49,716 nt of DNA from Octopus sinensis (taxonomy: Eukaryota), in the NCBI RefSeq assembly GCF_006345805.1, contig NW_021835063.1, positions 1 to 49,716 of the forward strand, in the 5' to 3' direction. Position numbers and translations under genes: made by a program. The notes below the pieces were generated by a model. It ran no database searches. It saw only the letters and a list, made by a program, of their open reading frames with translations, and was not told the origin of the DNA. Below, piece after piece: positions 23,291 through 34,942 of the stretch (its first letter is position 1; every line of letters starts with the position of its first letter).

Positions 23291-23577
23291 AGAATCGGTG
23301 GCAGAAAAAAAAATTATAGGGAAAAAGATAGAGAAAGCGGTGTCGAAGTTAAGACCCACTCCAAGAATGTCTGGTTAAAAAGAGGACAATTTGAAGAATT
23401 AGGTCTGATATTGGTTGAAATAGTTTCTACTGGGAAAATAAGGTGGTGACTGCAGTATAATTTAGGTTATTAACGTTGGGTGGAGTGGGGAGGAAGGGAA
23501 GAGAAGGAGGGGGAGGAGGAGGAGGAGGCATGTGGTTGGCACCGCTCTCAAATCTCTACTTACCTACCTACACGCGC

Positions 23578-24273
23578 TTATACAAACATACATATATACA
23601 TACATACAAATATACCTAGCTAGCTACCAACTTACCTATCTTTCTAGCTATCTGTCTGTCTGTCGGTCTATTTACCTAAACTACCTATCTATCTACCTAT
23701 TTCGTTACCTATCTACCAACATAGCTACCTATTAATGAATTTGTCTACAAATTATACAAACATACATATATACATACATATAAATATACCTAGCTAGCTA
23801 CCGACTTACCTATCTTTCTAGCTATCTGTCTGTCTGTCGGTCTATTTACCTAAACTACCTATCTATCTACCTATTTCGTTACCTATCTACCAACATAGCT
23901 ACCTATTTATGAATTTGTCTACAAATTATACAAACATACATATATACATACATATAAATATACCTAGCTAGCTACCGACTTACCTATCTTTCTAGCTATC
24001 TGTCTGTCTGTCGGTCTATTTACCTAAACTACCTATCTATCTACCTATTTCGTTACCTATCTACCAACATAGCTACCTATTTATGAATTTGTCTACAAAT
24101 TATACAAACATACATATATACATACATATAAATATACCTAGCTAGCTACCGACTTACCTATCTTTCTAGCTATCTGTCTGTCTGTCGGTCTATTTACCTA
24201 AACTACCTATCTATCTACCTATTTCGTTACCTATCTACCAACATAGCTACCTATTTATGAATTTGTCTACAAA
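23578..24273. repeat. Tandem repeat, 4 x 174 bp, near-identical units
   Basis: TACAAACATAC starts at 23581, 23755, 23929 and 24103, an exact 174-bp period. Confidence 0.95.
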
Positions 24274-24622
24274 CCCATCTACCAGTTTATGCAATTTGTT
24301 TACTCTCATCCCTACCTATTAACAAACCTATCTATTTATCTACCTACCTACCTAGCTACCTATCTAACTACCTACCTACCTACCTACCTACCTACCTACC
24401 TACTACCTACCTACCTACATATCTACCTACTTAGCTATCTATCTGCCTAGCTATCCACCTAACAAGCTATCCGCTAACTGCCCTGACAATCAGCCATTCT
24501 ACCAACCGACTTAATTGCTACTTATCTACCGATCTCACTATGAACCTATTTACCTATTTACCTATCTACCTATTTACCTGCCTCTCCAGCTATCAATTTG
24601 CCTAACCAACAGTCTATTTACC

Positions 24623-25065
24623 CTTCAAGTATCACTTGAAAAGGAAAGTGAGAGTAGAGAGGCAAGTTTTGTCTAGCGAATGTTTCAAAAAAAGATGGGT
24701 GAATGTAGCAAGGGTGGCACGTATGAATGACGAAGCCACCTTGAGCATAATCCTATGAACCCGGAAAATTTTAAACAGAGAGTTACTTACTTGCAAATAA
24801 ATGTGTTAACATGTGACATTATTGACCGAGGTTACCGTGGTCTTTTCCGTAGGCTTTTCTTTCCACGGATAAACCTTATCTGTTTCCTCCTTTACACTTT
24901 ACATCAGAACATTTCTGTGATACACGATCCCTTTTGATCGTCTTTTTTTACGATCCCTTTTGATCGAAAACCTACCCCACCCCTTTTTTTTCTCCCCAGA
25001 AAGAAAAGCTCTATTTTGTAATTTATCCCCTCTCTGTTCAGCCCTGTGTAGCTAATAAAGAAACA
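24623..25065 (+). mobile_element. 5'-truncated Tx1/L1-group LINE copy
   Basis: End of ORF2 (...ATLSIIL*) plus 3' UTR ending AATAAAGAAACA-TATCT. Confidence 0.9.
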
Positions 25066-25628
25066 TATCTAACTATTAACCTACCTCCTTATTCACCTTC
25101 CTCCTTCTCGACTAATCTAGTTACCCACTAACTACCCTGACTACCAATAATTTATTCTACCAACTGGACTTACTACCAACCTATTAGTTACATATTTACC
25201 AATTTACTCATCATTTTACTTACTTTCAGACCTAATTAACTACCCGCCATCATATAACCGATTTTTTTCTAAGAACTGATTGGTAGCTAGGAAAGCTACG
25301 TGAAATGCTGGATAGGCAATTAGTTATTCAGGTAGGTAGATTGGTAGGTAAATAAGTGATAGATAACTTTACATCACTATTTACTCATCTTGGAAACCTA
25401 GCTTCCTTCCTACCTATTTACCTACTTACTTATTTACCTACTACCTACCTACCTACCTACCTACCTACCTGTCTCACTATCGTCTCGCTAACTTACCTAT
25501 TTATCTACCTTCATACTTATTTACCTACTAACCTACGAACTTACAATGCTACCTACCTACTTACTTACTATCAAACTAGTTGCCTACCTACCTGCCCTCG
25601 CATTTTTACATCTTCCTACATATCTACT

Positions 25629-26840
25629 GAAAAGAGGCCGAGGAAGGGCGAATGGCACCGCGAGTGTCGCGTTGTTCTCAAGCAACTCTGCCGTTCTCGG
25701 TCGACTTTGAGTGACTTCATCACAACCAAAGCATTCTATAGGGGATTAGTGGAGGGGAGGTACGACGATGAGCTCGGGGCGAACCTGGACGTCGACGAGG
25801 AGTACCTGACCCGCCTATTCGGGACGACTTTCGGGCCAGGGCCCATGGACAACTTCCAGAGATCCATGGCCTGGCAGTGCTACCGAGAAGCGCTACACGT
25901 TCGGGATAAGCTCTACAGACACGGCTCGAGAAACACGGGGCCGACCTGCCCGAGATGCGGTCAGAGCGACGAAACCGTTCTGCACGCACTCGTGCAGTGT
26001 CCAACAATTTCCGACCTGTGGGCTTATGACGAACAACTGCTGTCACGTGTGGGAAGAGTCGGTTTATCAGCTGAGTCTATCGTCAATATTGTCACGCCTC
26101 CTTCCTTCAAACGGGAAGGAAGAGCTATTTTCATCATCCTTGTGGCTATGGCGAAAGAATGTATCTGGTGGACGCGTCTGAAAGGATTGGAGACAAACAC
26201 TTTCCCCTCTGGTCAATCTCTCATCAACTTCTTCAAGTACCACTTGAAAAGGAAAGTGAGAGTAGAGAGGCAAGTTTTGTCTAGCGAATGTTTTAAAAAA
26301 AGATGGGTGAATGTAGCAAGGATGGCACGTATGAATGACGAAGCCACCTTGAGCATAATCCTATGAACCCAGAAATTGAAAACAGAGGGTTACCCACTTG
26401 CAAACAAATGTGTTAACATATAACAATATTGACCAAGGTTACCGTGGTCTTTTTCGTAGGCTTTTCTTCCCACGGATAAACCTTACTTGCTTTCCCCTTT
26501 ACACCATATATCATAACACTCTGATACACGATCCCTATTGATCGTTTTTTTATTCCTCTTCCCCTTTTTTCCCCTTTTTTCTTCTTTTTTCATTTCTCTT
26601 TTCTTTTGTTCCTTTTCCTTTTCTTTTTTTATTTTCTTTTTCTTTTTCTTTTTTTTTTGTTCTTTTCTTCCCTTTTACTTCCCTTGTTCTGTTCTTCCTC
26701 TTGATAGAAAACCTACGCCACCCCTTTTTTTCTTTTTTTTTGTTTCTTTTGTTTTTTGTTTTTTTCATCCCCCAAAAGAAAAGCTCTACCTTGTAACTTG
26801 TCCCATCTGTGTGCAGCCCTGTGTGGCCAATAAAGAAACT
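25629..26840 (+). mobile_element. 5'-truncated Tx1/L1-group LINE copy with an uninterrupted C-terminal ORF2 segment
   Basis: About 245 open codons including CPRCGQSDETVLHALVQC, stop at 26366. The 3' end is AATAAAGAAACT-(TATC)6. Confidence 0.92.
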
Positions 26841-26867
26841 TATCTATCTATCTATCTATCTATCTAT

Positions 26868-27045
26868 GTGATACACGATCCCTATTGATCGTTTTTTTTC
26901 TTTCCTTTTTTTCTTTTCTTTTTTTCCTTTCTACGATTCCTTTTGATCGAAAACCTACCCCACTTTTTTTTCTCCCCAAAAAGAAAAGCTCTACTTTGTA
27001 ATTTGTCCCGTCAGAGTCCAGCCCTGTGTGGCTAATAAAGAAACA
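26868..27045 (+). mobile_element. 3'-UTR-only copy of the same LINE
   Basis: GTGATACACGATCCC...AAAGAAAAGCTCTAC...AATAAAGAAACA-(TATC)3. Confidence 0.85.
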
Positions 27046-27058
27046 TATCTATCTATCT

Positions 27059-27226
27059 GACACGATCCCTATTGATCGACCCCACTTTTGTTTTTCCCGA
27101 TCCCTTTTAATCGGAATTCGCCCCCCCCCTTTATTTTATTTTTTCCCTTCTCTTCTTCCCCAAAAGAAAAGCTCTACTTTGTATTTTGTCCCTTCTGCGT
27201 TTAGCCTTGCGTGACCAATAAAGAAA
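27059..27226 (+). mobile_element. Second 3'-UTR-only copy of the same LINE
   Basis: GACACGATCCC...AAAGAAAAGCTCTAC...AATAAAGAAA-TCTATCTATCTA. Confidence 0.8.
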
Positions 27227-27297
27227 TCTATCTATCTAGCTATCAAGCTAGCTAGCTAGATAGCTATTTACTCAGCTTCCTATTCTTCTACATACAT

Positions 27298-27692
27298 ACC
27301 TATTTCTTTACTACCCACAAGGGGCTAAACACAGAGAGGACAAACAAGGACAGTCAAACGGATTAAGTCGATTATATCAACCCCAGTGCGTAACATACAT
27401 ACCTACACACGTAACTATCTACCGACTTATATACCTACCTACCTACCTACCTACCTACCCACCTACCTATTTCTTTACTACCCAAAAGGGGCTAAACACA
27501 GAGGGGACAAACAAGGACAGTCAAACGGATTAAGTCGATTATATCGACCTCAGTGCGTAACAGGTACTTAATTTATCGACCCGAAAGGATGAAAGGCAAG
27601 TCGACCTCGGCGTAATTTGAACTCTGAACGTAACGACAGACGAAATACCGCTAAGCTTTTAGCCCGGAGTGCTAACGTTTCTGCCAGCTCGC
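27298..27692 (-). mobile_element. SINE family A (long-tail variant): one tail fragment plus one copy, separated by (TACC)n
   Basis: Two CTATTTCTTTACTACCC..AAGGGGCTAAACACAGAG tails and a head GGCGAGCTGGCAG on the minus strand. Confidence 0.85.
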
Positions 27693-28127
27693 CTACCTAC
27701 CTACATACCTACCTACCTACCTACCCACCTACCTACCCACCTACCTACCTACCTACCTACCTACCTACCTACTTACCTACATTCGTACCTATCAACCTAC
27801 ATATATACCCACAGTGCTACCTGGGTATCTAGTTAGCTCGAGCTCCATTCCACTATCTTATCAAAGTTCTCCTGATTAGCCGAAGCAAGTCATTTGGTAG
27901 CTACCAACAGAAGCCATTACTAGGTAAACAGCCTGTTTACTAATAAGTACAAAGGCTTCACGAGTGATCTTACTGCTTAACAATTTAGCTATTTTACAAG
28001 CTAATTACTAATTAACGATATAAGTGGGAAGCTAGGAAGTATTTAAAAAATTAAACTAATGTACATACATTTAATGCAGAGAACGTCGACTAAATATAAT
28101 TATATAGTGCGAAATAATAAACCTTCC

Positions 28128-28330
28128 TATTCTAAACAGAATTTTGTGGGAAGGGGTTTAGTCGACTACATCGACCCCTAGTGCTTAGCTCGTACTTATT
28201 TTATCGATCTCCGAAAAGATGAAAGGCAAAGTGGACCTCGGTGGAATTTGAACTCTCAACGTAAAGACAGACGAAGTGCTGCTACGCGTTTTGCTTGGCG
28301 TGTTACCGATTCTGCCAGCTCATTGCCTTA
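28128..28330 (-). mobile_element. SINE family A copy
   Basis: Consensus match by eye. Confidence 0.8.
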
Positions 28331-28357
28331 TAGCGAGAAATAATGGTTTCAAGTAAA

Positions 28358-28699
28358 GGCGCATGGTTCAGTGGTTAGAGCGTCGGGCTCACAATCATGA
28401 GGTAGTGAATTCAATTCCTGGACCAGGCTGTGTGTTGTGTTCTTGAGCAAGTCTTTCGCGTTTATTTCACGTTGCTCCAGTTCACTCAGCTTTAGAAATG
28501 AGTTGTGACGTCACTGGTGCCAAGCTGTATCGGCCCCTTTGCCTTTCCCTTGGATAACATCAATGGCGTGGAGAGGAGAGGTTGGGATGCATGGGCGACT
28601 GCTGGTCTTCCATAAACAACCTTGCCCAGACTTGTGTCTCAGAAGGGAACTTTCTAAATGCAATCACGTGCTCATTCATGACCGAAAGGGGTCTTTACC
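28358..28699 (+). mobile_element. tRNA-derived SINE, family C
   Basis: A-box-like GGTTCAGTGGTTAG, B-box-like GAATTCAATTCC, TCTTGAGCAAG core-like segment and a distinct 3' half. Confidence 0.75.
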
Positions 28700-28907
28700 T
28701 TAACAGATTCAAATTTTGGCGCAAGGCCAGATATTTGGGAGCAGTCGGTAAGTCGATTACATCGACCCCAGTGCTCTACTGGTACTTATTTTATTGACCC
28801 AGAAAGATGAAAGGTTAAATCGACCTCGGCGACAATTGAACTCGGGACCTAAAGACGGACGAAATGATTCCAAGCGTTTTTGTAAGGCGTTGCTAATTAA
28901 CGATTCT

Positions 28908-29325
28908 TATTTCTTTATTACCCACAAGGGGCTAAACACAGAGGGGACAAACAAGGATAGACAAAGGGATTAAGTCGATTACATCGACCCAGTACGTAAC
29001 TGGTACTTAATTTATCGACCCCGAAAAAACGAAAGGCAAAGTCGACCTCGGCGGAATTTGAACTCACAACGTAACGGCAGACGAAATACCTATTTCTTTA
29101 CTACCCACAAGGGGTTAAACACAGAGAGGACAAACAAGGACAGACAAACGGATTAAGTCGATCATATCGACCCCAGTGCATAAATGGTACCTAATTTATC
29201 GACCCCGAAAGGATGAAAGGCAATGTCGACCTCGGCGGAATTTGAACTCAGAACGTAGTGGCAGACGAAATACCGCTAAGCATTTCGCCCGGCGTGCTAA
29301 CGTTTCTGCCAGTTCGCCGCCTTCA
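28908..29325 (-). mobile_element. Dimeric SINE family A nested in an older family A copy (28715-29355), with 14-bp TSD
   Basis: TAATTAA(C/T)GATTCT at 28894-28907 and 29326-29339. Same dimer junction (AAAGAAATA|GGTATTTCG) as at 5025-5438. Confidence 0.85.
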
Positions 29326-29377
29326 TAATTAATGATTCTGCCAGTTCGTCGCTTTATAGTGAGAAATAATAATTCGT

Positions 29378-29565
29378 TCTTCTATAGGCACAAGGCCTGG
29401 AATTTGTGGCGAGGGGCATAGTTGATTATATCGACTAGTACTTATTAAAATTGACCCCAGAAGGATAAAAGGCAAAGCCGACCTCGGTGGAATTTGAACT
29501 CAGAACATAAAGACGGGCGAAATGCCGCTAACGATGCGCTAACGACTCTGCCAACTCGCCGCCTT
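29378..29565 (-). mobile_element. SINE family A copy
   Basis: Consensus match by eye. Confidence 0.8.
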
Positions 29566-30052
29566 ATAGTCAGAAATATTAATAACAGAAAAAACAACGC
29601 TGATATTCCTGAATGGTTAATGGTATTTGAATTATTCCAGAAAGGGAGGAAACTCGGGACACGTTTTTCTTTCCTGCCAAATATAAACCGAATAAAATAG
29701 GGCAACGGCTGAGAATTCAACTGTTTATCTCCTGTAGTATAGTTCATTGACACGCAGCGTCGTCATAGGATTACGTGCCCCTGGGCAAGTCAATGTACTT
29801 GACAATATAGTGTTTATGTACTGAGAACAAGACACAGCTTACAGAGATCAGGATTGATGGGTCCTCTACTGATGTGAGGCCCTCCGGCAAATGCCCACTG
29901 ACTCCATACCTTTAGATGGTAGACATACACAAATATATACATACCTACATAGAGACGTTTACTTAGATATGCATGCATCTATATATATGCGTGCGCGTGT
30001 GTGTGTGTGTATATCTGTATAAATACACACACACACATACACACACACACAC

Positions 30053-30102
<50 letters not shown>

Positions 30103-30139
30103 GCTATCTATCTATTTATCTACCTATCTATCTATCCAT

Positions 30140-30179
<40 letters not shown>

Positions 30180-30214
30180 TATCTACCTATCTATCTATCC
30201 ATTATCTATCTATC

Positions 30215-30306
30215 TATAGTTACGGGGACGTAAACACACCAGCATCGGTTGTCAAGTGATGTTGGGGGAACAAACACAGACACACAAACACACGCACACA
30301 CACACT

Positions 30307-30363
<57 letters not shown>

Positions 30364-30745
30364 GACGGGCTTCTTTCAGTTTCCGTCGACCAAATCCAGT
30401 CACAAAGTTTTGGTCGGCCCGAGGCTATAGTTGAAGACACTTGCCCAAGGTGCCACGCAGTGGTACTGAACCTGGAACCATGTGGTTGGTAAGGAAGCTA
30501 CTTACCACACAGCCACTATATATATATATATTTTATATATATCTTTTTTTAATTTTTCTTGTTTTAGTTATTAAACTGCGGCCAGAATTTTTAGTCGAAC
30601 GAATCGAATCCAGTACTTTTTTTTTTTAAAGTCTGGTACTTATTCTGTCGTTTCTTTTTGCTGAACTGCTAAGTTACGGGGCCATAAACAAACCACCATC
30701 AGTTGTCAAGCAGCGGTGGGGAAAACACACACACACATACACACT

Positions 30746-30801
<56 letters not shown>

Positions 30802-30990
30802 TTTGCGTTTGTCCCTCGCCCATCAATTGACAACTGGCGTTGGTTTGTTTACCCTCCTATAAAACAGCGGTTCAACAAAAAAGAATGATAGAATAAATAC
30901 CAGACTTAACGATAAGTACTGAGGTCTATTCGCTCGACTAAGCCCATCAAGGCGTTGCTACAGCATGGCCGCAGTACAATGATTGAAACC
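30215..30990. mobile_element. SINE family B cluster: 30215-30518 (-), tail fragments ~30560-30720 (-) and ~30810-30990 (+)
   Basis: Family B head and tail motifs around (CA)n tracts. Confidence 0.75.
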
Positions 30991-31303
30991 AGCAAAATTT
31001 TTATTTATTTATTTCGTCTTTGGTCAGTAAGTGTTACTTCCTATTTGTTTCTATTTGGAAATCAAAGGAAGTGACTACTATTCCCTTCAGAGTTTGCTTT
31101 TCTGACCTGGACATCGGTATTTAGTAACTGACATATTTTCCATTGCATTTTAGATAGATTCAATGCTGAGCTGCTGAAGCAGAGATATCATTATAGCAAA
31201 TATTCTGCTCAATACCACAGATTTGCTTGTCAGTTGCTTGACCTTAACCACTTGAGCATGTCTCTTACAGGCTGACAATAGGTGCATCTTTGATCATGAG
31301 CAG

Positions 31304-31640
31304 GAGTAGTGAGGGAGCATCATAGCATAGGGATTCTTTGGGGTTTGAATAAATGTAAAAAAGCAAAGTTTGAAGGAATTATTAACCATCTTTCTTACTT
31401 TCTAAAGATAAGCAAACAAGAAATGACAGTTGCTACCCAAGGACAAAAACCGTGTTATACAGTGAGCGAGAGTAGTGGGGGACCATCATAGCGATGTGGT
31501 GAGAGAGATTCTTTGGGGGTTTGAATAAATGTAACAAAAGCAAAGTTTGAAGGGAATATTAGCTTTTTTCATACTTTCAAGGGGTAGCAAATGGGAAATA
31601 ACAGTTTCCACCCAAAGGACAAAAATCGTGTTACTCAGTG
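31304..31640. repeat. Diverged tandem duplication, ~166-176-bp unit
   Basis: GAGTAGTG.GGGA.CATCATAGC at 31304 and 31470. Both units share GATTCTTTGGGG..TTTGAATAAATGTAA..AAAGCAAAGTTTGAAGG and GGACAAAAA.CGTGTTA. Confidence 0.8.
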
Positions 31641-31979
31641 TAATAGATAAAAGATAAGCAAATCAAGTCCCTGGCACCCATACTCAGCTTCTACCCTTCT
31701 TTTCTGGATCTGATTCTGAGCCAGCTTGAGCAGTTTTTACTAACATTAGGAAGAGGCCAAATCACATATCTCTGAGGTCGAGAAAATTAGATGTTTAATG
31801 CAGCGGATCTCAACTGGACTCTGTATGACCCTTGGGAGTTCATATAAGATATCTTTGTTTTTTGTGTTAAAATTCATTTTCAATAAATTGCTTATAATTC
31901 TACAAAAACCAAATAATTTAATTTATTTAATTTATTTTTATACAATAATTAATGATATTTAATTGTGTAATACAATCCT

Positions 31980-32955
31980 TTCTCTTATAGGCATAGGACC
32001 TGGAATTTGTCGGGAGAGAGTCGATTACACCGGCCCCAGTGCTCGACTGGCACGTGTTTTTTCAACTCCAAAAGAATGAAAGGCGAAGTCGACCATGGTG
32101 GAATTTTAACTCAGAACGTAGCGGCGGGTGAAATACCTATTTCTTTACTACCCATAAAGGGGCTAAACACAGAGGGGACAAACAAGGACAGACAAACGGA
32201 TTAAGTCGATTACATCGACCCCAGTGCGTAACTGGTACTTATTTAATCGATCCCGAAAGGATGAAAAGCAAAGTCGACCTCGGCGGAATTTGAACTCAGA
32301 ACGTAATGGCGGACGAAATGCCGGTAAGCATTTCGTCAGGCGAGCTAGCAGAAATGTTAGCATGCCGGGCGAAATGCGTAGCTGTATTTCGTCTGTCGTT
32401 ACGTTCTGAGTTCAAATTCCGCTGAGGTCGACTTTGCCTTTCATCCTTTCGAGGTCGGTAAATTAAGTACCAGTTACGCACTGGGTCGATGTAATCGACT
32501 TAACCCTCTCGAAATTTCTGAATATTATAAGGAATATGATATTGTGAATATTATAAGATGGGTATTATTTTGTGTTCAAGTGCTGCCGAGTTCGACTTCG
32601 CCTTTCATCGTTTCGGGGTCGATAAAACAAGTACCAGTTAAGCACTGGGGTCAATGTAATCGACTTGCACCCTCTCCTAAAATTGCTGGCCTTGTGCCAA
32701 TATTTGAAACCAGTATTTCTTAATATTAAGGCAGCGAAGGACGGCGAGCTGGCAGAATCGTTAGCACGCTGGGCAAAATGCTTCGCAGCATTTCGTCTTT
32801 GCGTTTTGAGTTCAAATTCCACCGAGGTCGACTTTACCTTTCATCTTTTCGGGGTCGATAAATTAAGTACCAGTGAAGCACTGGGGTCAATGTAATCGAC
32901 AAGTCCTCAACTCCACCCCCACCCTAATTTCAGGCCTTGTACCTATAACAGAAAG
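31980..32955. mobile_element. Cluster of five SINE family A copies or fragments in mixed orientation
   Basis: About 31980-32130 (-), 32137-32345 (-), 32355-32500 (+), 32560-32730 (+) and 32733-32955 (+). Confidence 0.8.
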
Positions 32956-32959
32956 AAAT

Positions 32960-33397
32960 ATTATTATTATTGTTGCTATTACTGTTGTTGTTGTTGCTGC
33001 TTCTGTTGAAGTTCTTGTTGTTGTTACCGTTAATATTTCAATAGTTCATTATTACTCATTGTAAAAACAACAACAACAACAATAACAAAAGAAAAGTTGA
33101 AATAAAATAAAAATAAAGACGAGCAACACAAAGAAAAACTGAAATCCGCCATTGAAGCGACTTAACTAATTAGAAATCTATTCTCCAATTGAAATATCTT
33201 TATCTAGGGTTGGGTCGGTGGAATATATTGCTGTTTTTGTTGTTGCTGTTGTTGTTGTTGTTGTGTCTGATTTATTCAATGTGTGTGTCTGTATGTGGGT
33301 ATGCGTGTGTGTGTGCGTGTGTGTGTGTTGTTTACACAAAAATACAATGTAAATAACGGTAAACAAATGAAGAAATATGAATCGATAAATATACAAC

Positions 33398-33433
<36 letters not shown>

Positions 33434-33629
33434 CAACACAACAACAACTACTGCTACTACTACTACTACTAGAACAGTATCAACAACAATAATGATAATT
33501 ATAATATCAACATCTTCATCAACATCATTATCATCATTAGCAACAACAACAACCGCATCATCATCATTATCATCGTCATTATTATTGTTGTTGTTATTGT
33601 TATTGTTGTTTTTGTTGTTGTTGTTGTTA

Positions 33630-33676
<47 letters not shown>

Positions 33677-33752
33677 GCATATTTGAAAAAGGAAATGCAA
33701 GTCAGGGAGCAAAGGAAAGGAGAAAATAGAGGAAAATAATGACGACGACGAC

Positions 33753-33786
<34 letters not shown>

Positions 33787-34180
33787 CTGATGATGATGAT
33801 GATACTGTTGGTGGTAATGACGATGATGATGATGATGATGATGATGATGTCGACATTGAAATGGATGTTGTTTATAAAGAGGTCTTCTCTGAAAAAAAAA
33901 GCAACTAATGATCAAAGGTGCTCCAACTTTGACCATCCCTGCTTATTTTCAAATATTTTGTAAAAGGAAAGCTACTGAGATATTAACAAATAACTTTTAT
34001 TTTGTTCTAATAAATTATATATTCATATATTTTAAGACATCAATCAATGATTTGAAGAAGATTTGGTTGCTAATACTAGCAGGTCAAGTGACCAGATAGA
34101 AACTGCCTTGTTGTTGGTCATGATGGACAATAATGACGTGAATGATGATGATAATGTTGATGATGATGATGATGATGATA

Positions 34181-34218
<38 letters not shown>

Positions 34219-34285
34219 AATGATGATTGCGATGGCGATGATGATGACAACGACGACGACGACGATGATGATGATGATGGCTTAG
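32960..34285. repeat. Trinucleotide tracts (TTG/AAT/ATC/GAT)n with a unique AT-rich spacer at ~33870-34110
   Basis: Seen directly. Confidence 0.85.
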
Positions 34286-34324
34286 TGATTAGGGTGTTGG
34301 ACTCATGACCGGGCGACGCAGGAG

Positions 34325-34665
34325 CACCGCCTTTAGTCGAGCAAATCGACCCCAAGACATACTCTTTGTAAGCCTGGTACTTATTCTATCGGTCTCTTTT
34401 GCCGAACCGCTAAGTTACGGGGACGTAAACACACCGGCATCGGTTGTCAAGCGATGTTGGGGGACAAACACAAACACACACACACATACATACATATACA
34501 TATATACGACGGGCTTCTTACAGTTTCCGTCTACCGAATCCACTGACAATGCGTTGGTCGGTCCGAGGATATAGTAGAAGACACTTGCCCGAAGTGCCAC
34601 GCAGTGGGACTGAACCCGGAACCATGTGGTTGGTAAGCAAGCTACTTACCACACAGTCACTCCTG
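34325..34665 (-). mobile_element. SINE family B, near full length
   Basis: Minus strand: GGAGTGACTGTGTGGTAAGTAGC...GGTTCAGTCCCACTG...TAGCGGTTCGGCAAAAGAGACCGATAGAATAAGTAC...GGGGTCGATTTGCTCGACT. Confidence 0.9.
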
Positions 34666-34685
34666 CACCTATATATATATATATA

Positions 34686-34838
34686 CTTTATTTAAGCAGC
34701 AGAAAATTCAACAAAATCTGTTACTCTGAGTTTCTCGTTGCCGTTCATCAGACAGTTCTTGCAAGAAACTGTCTGATGAACGGCAACGAGAAACTCAGAT
34801 AACAGATTTTGTTGAATTTTCTGCTGCTTAAAATAAAG
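34686..34838. repeat. ~153-bp near-perfect palindrome, centre TTG|CAA (34761/34762)
   Basis: The arms differ only by three single-base indels. Confidence 0.92.
34718..34755 (-). ncRNA. Minimal type I hammerhead ribozyme motif
   Basis: CTGT-CTGATGA-A-CG(GCAA)CG-A-GAAA-CTC(A)GAG-TA-ACAG. Stem I is CTGT/ACAG, stem III is the palindromic ACTC-A-GAGT, and the triplet is GUA. The 10.1-11.1 positions are A.A. The plus-strand mirror (34769-34805) lacks one G of stem III. Confidence 0.7.
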
Positions 34839-34908
34839 CATATTACTCTACCACTGGTATTTGAGTACTCTTTTTTCCACCTTGTTTCACATTATGTGTT
34901 TACTCCGG

Positions 34909-34942
<34 letters not shown>

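Noticed and set aside
28358-28430. tRNA-like sequence (also the heads of families B and D)
   Set aside because: A and B boxes are present but there is no complete cloverleaf, and the sequence continues into a SINE body.
31650-31870. Unique, exon-like composition
   Set aside because: No convincing splice-site pair or recognisable translation on either strand.
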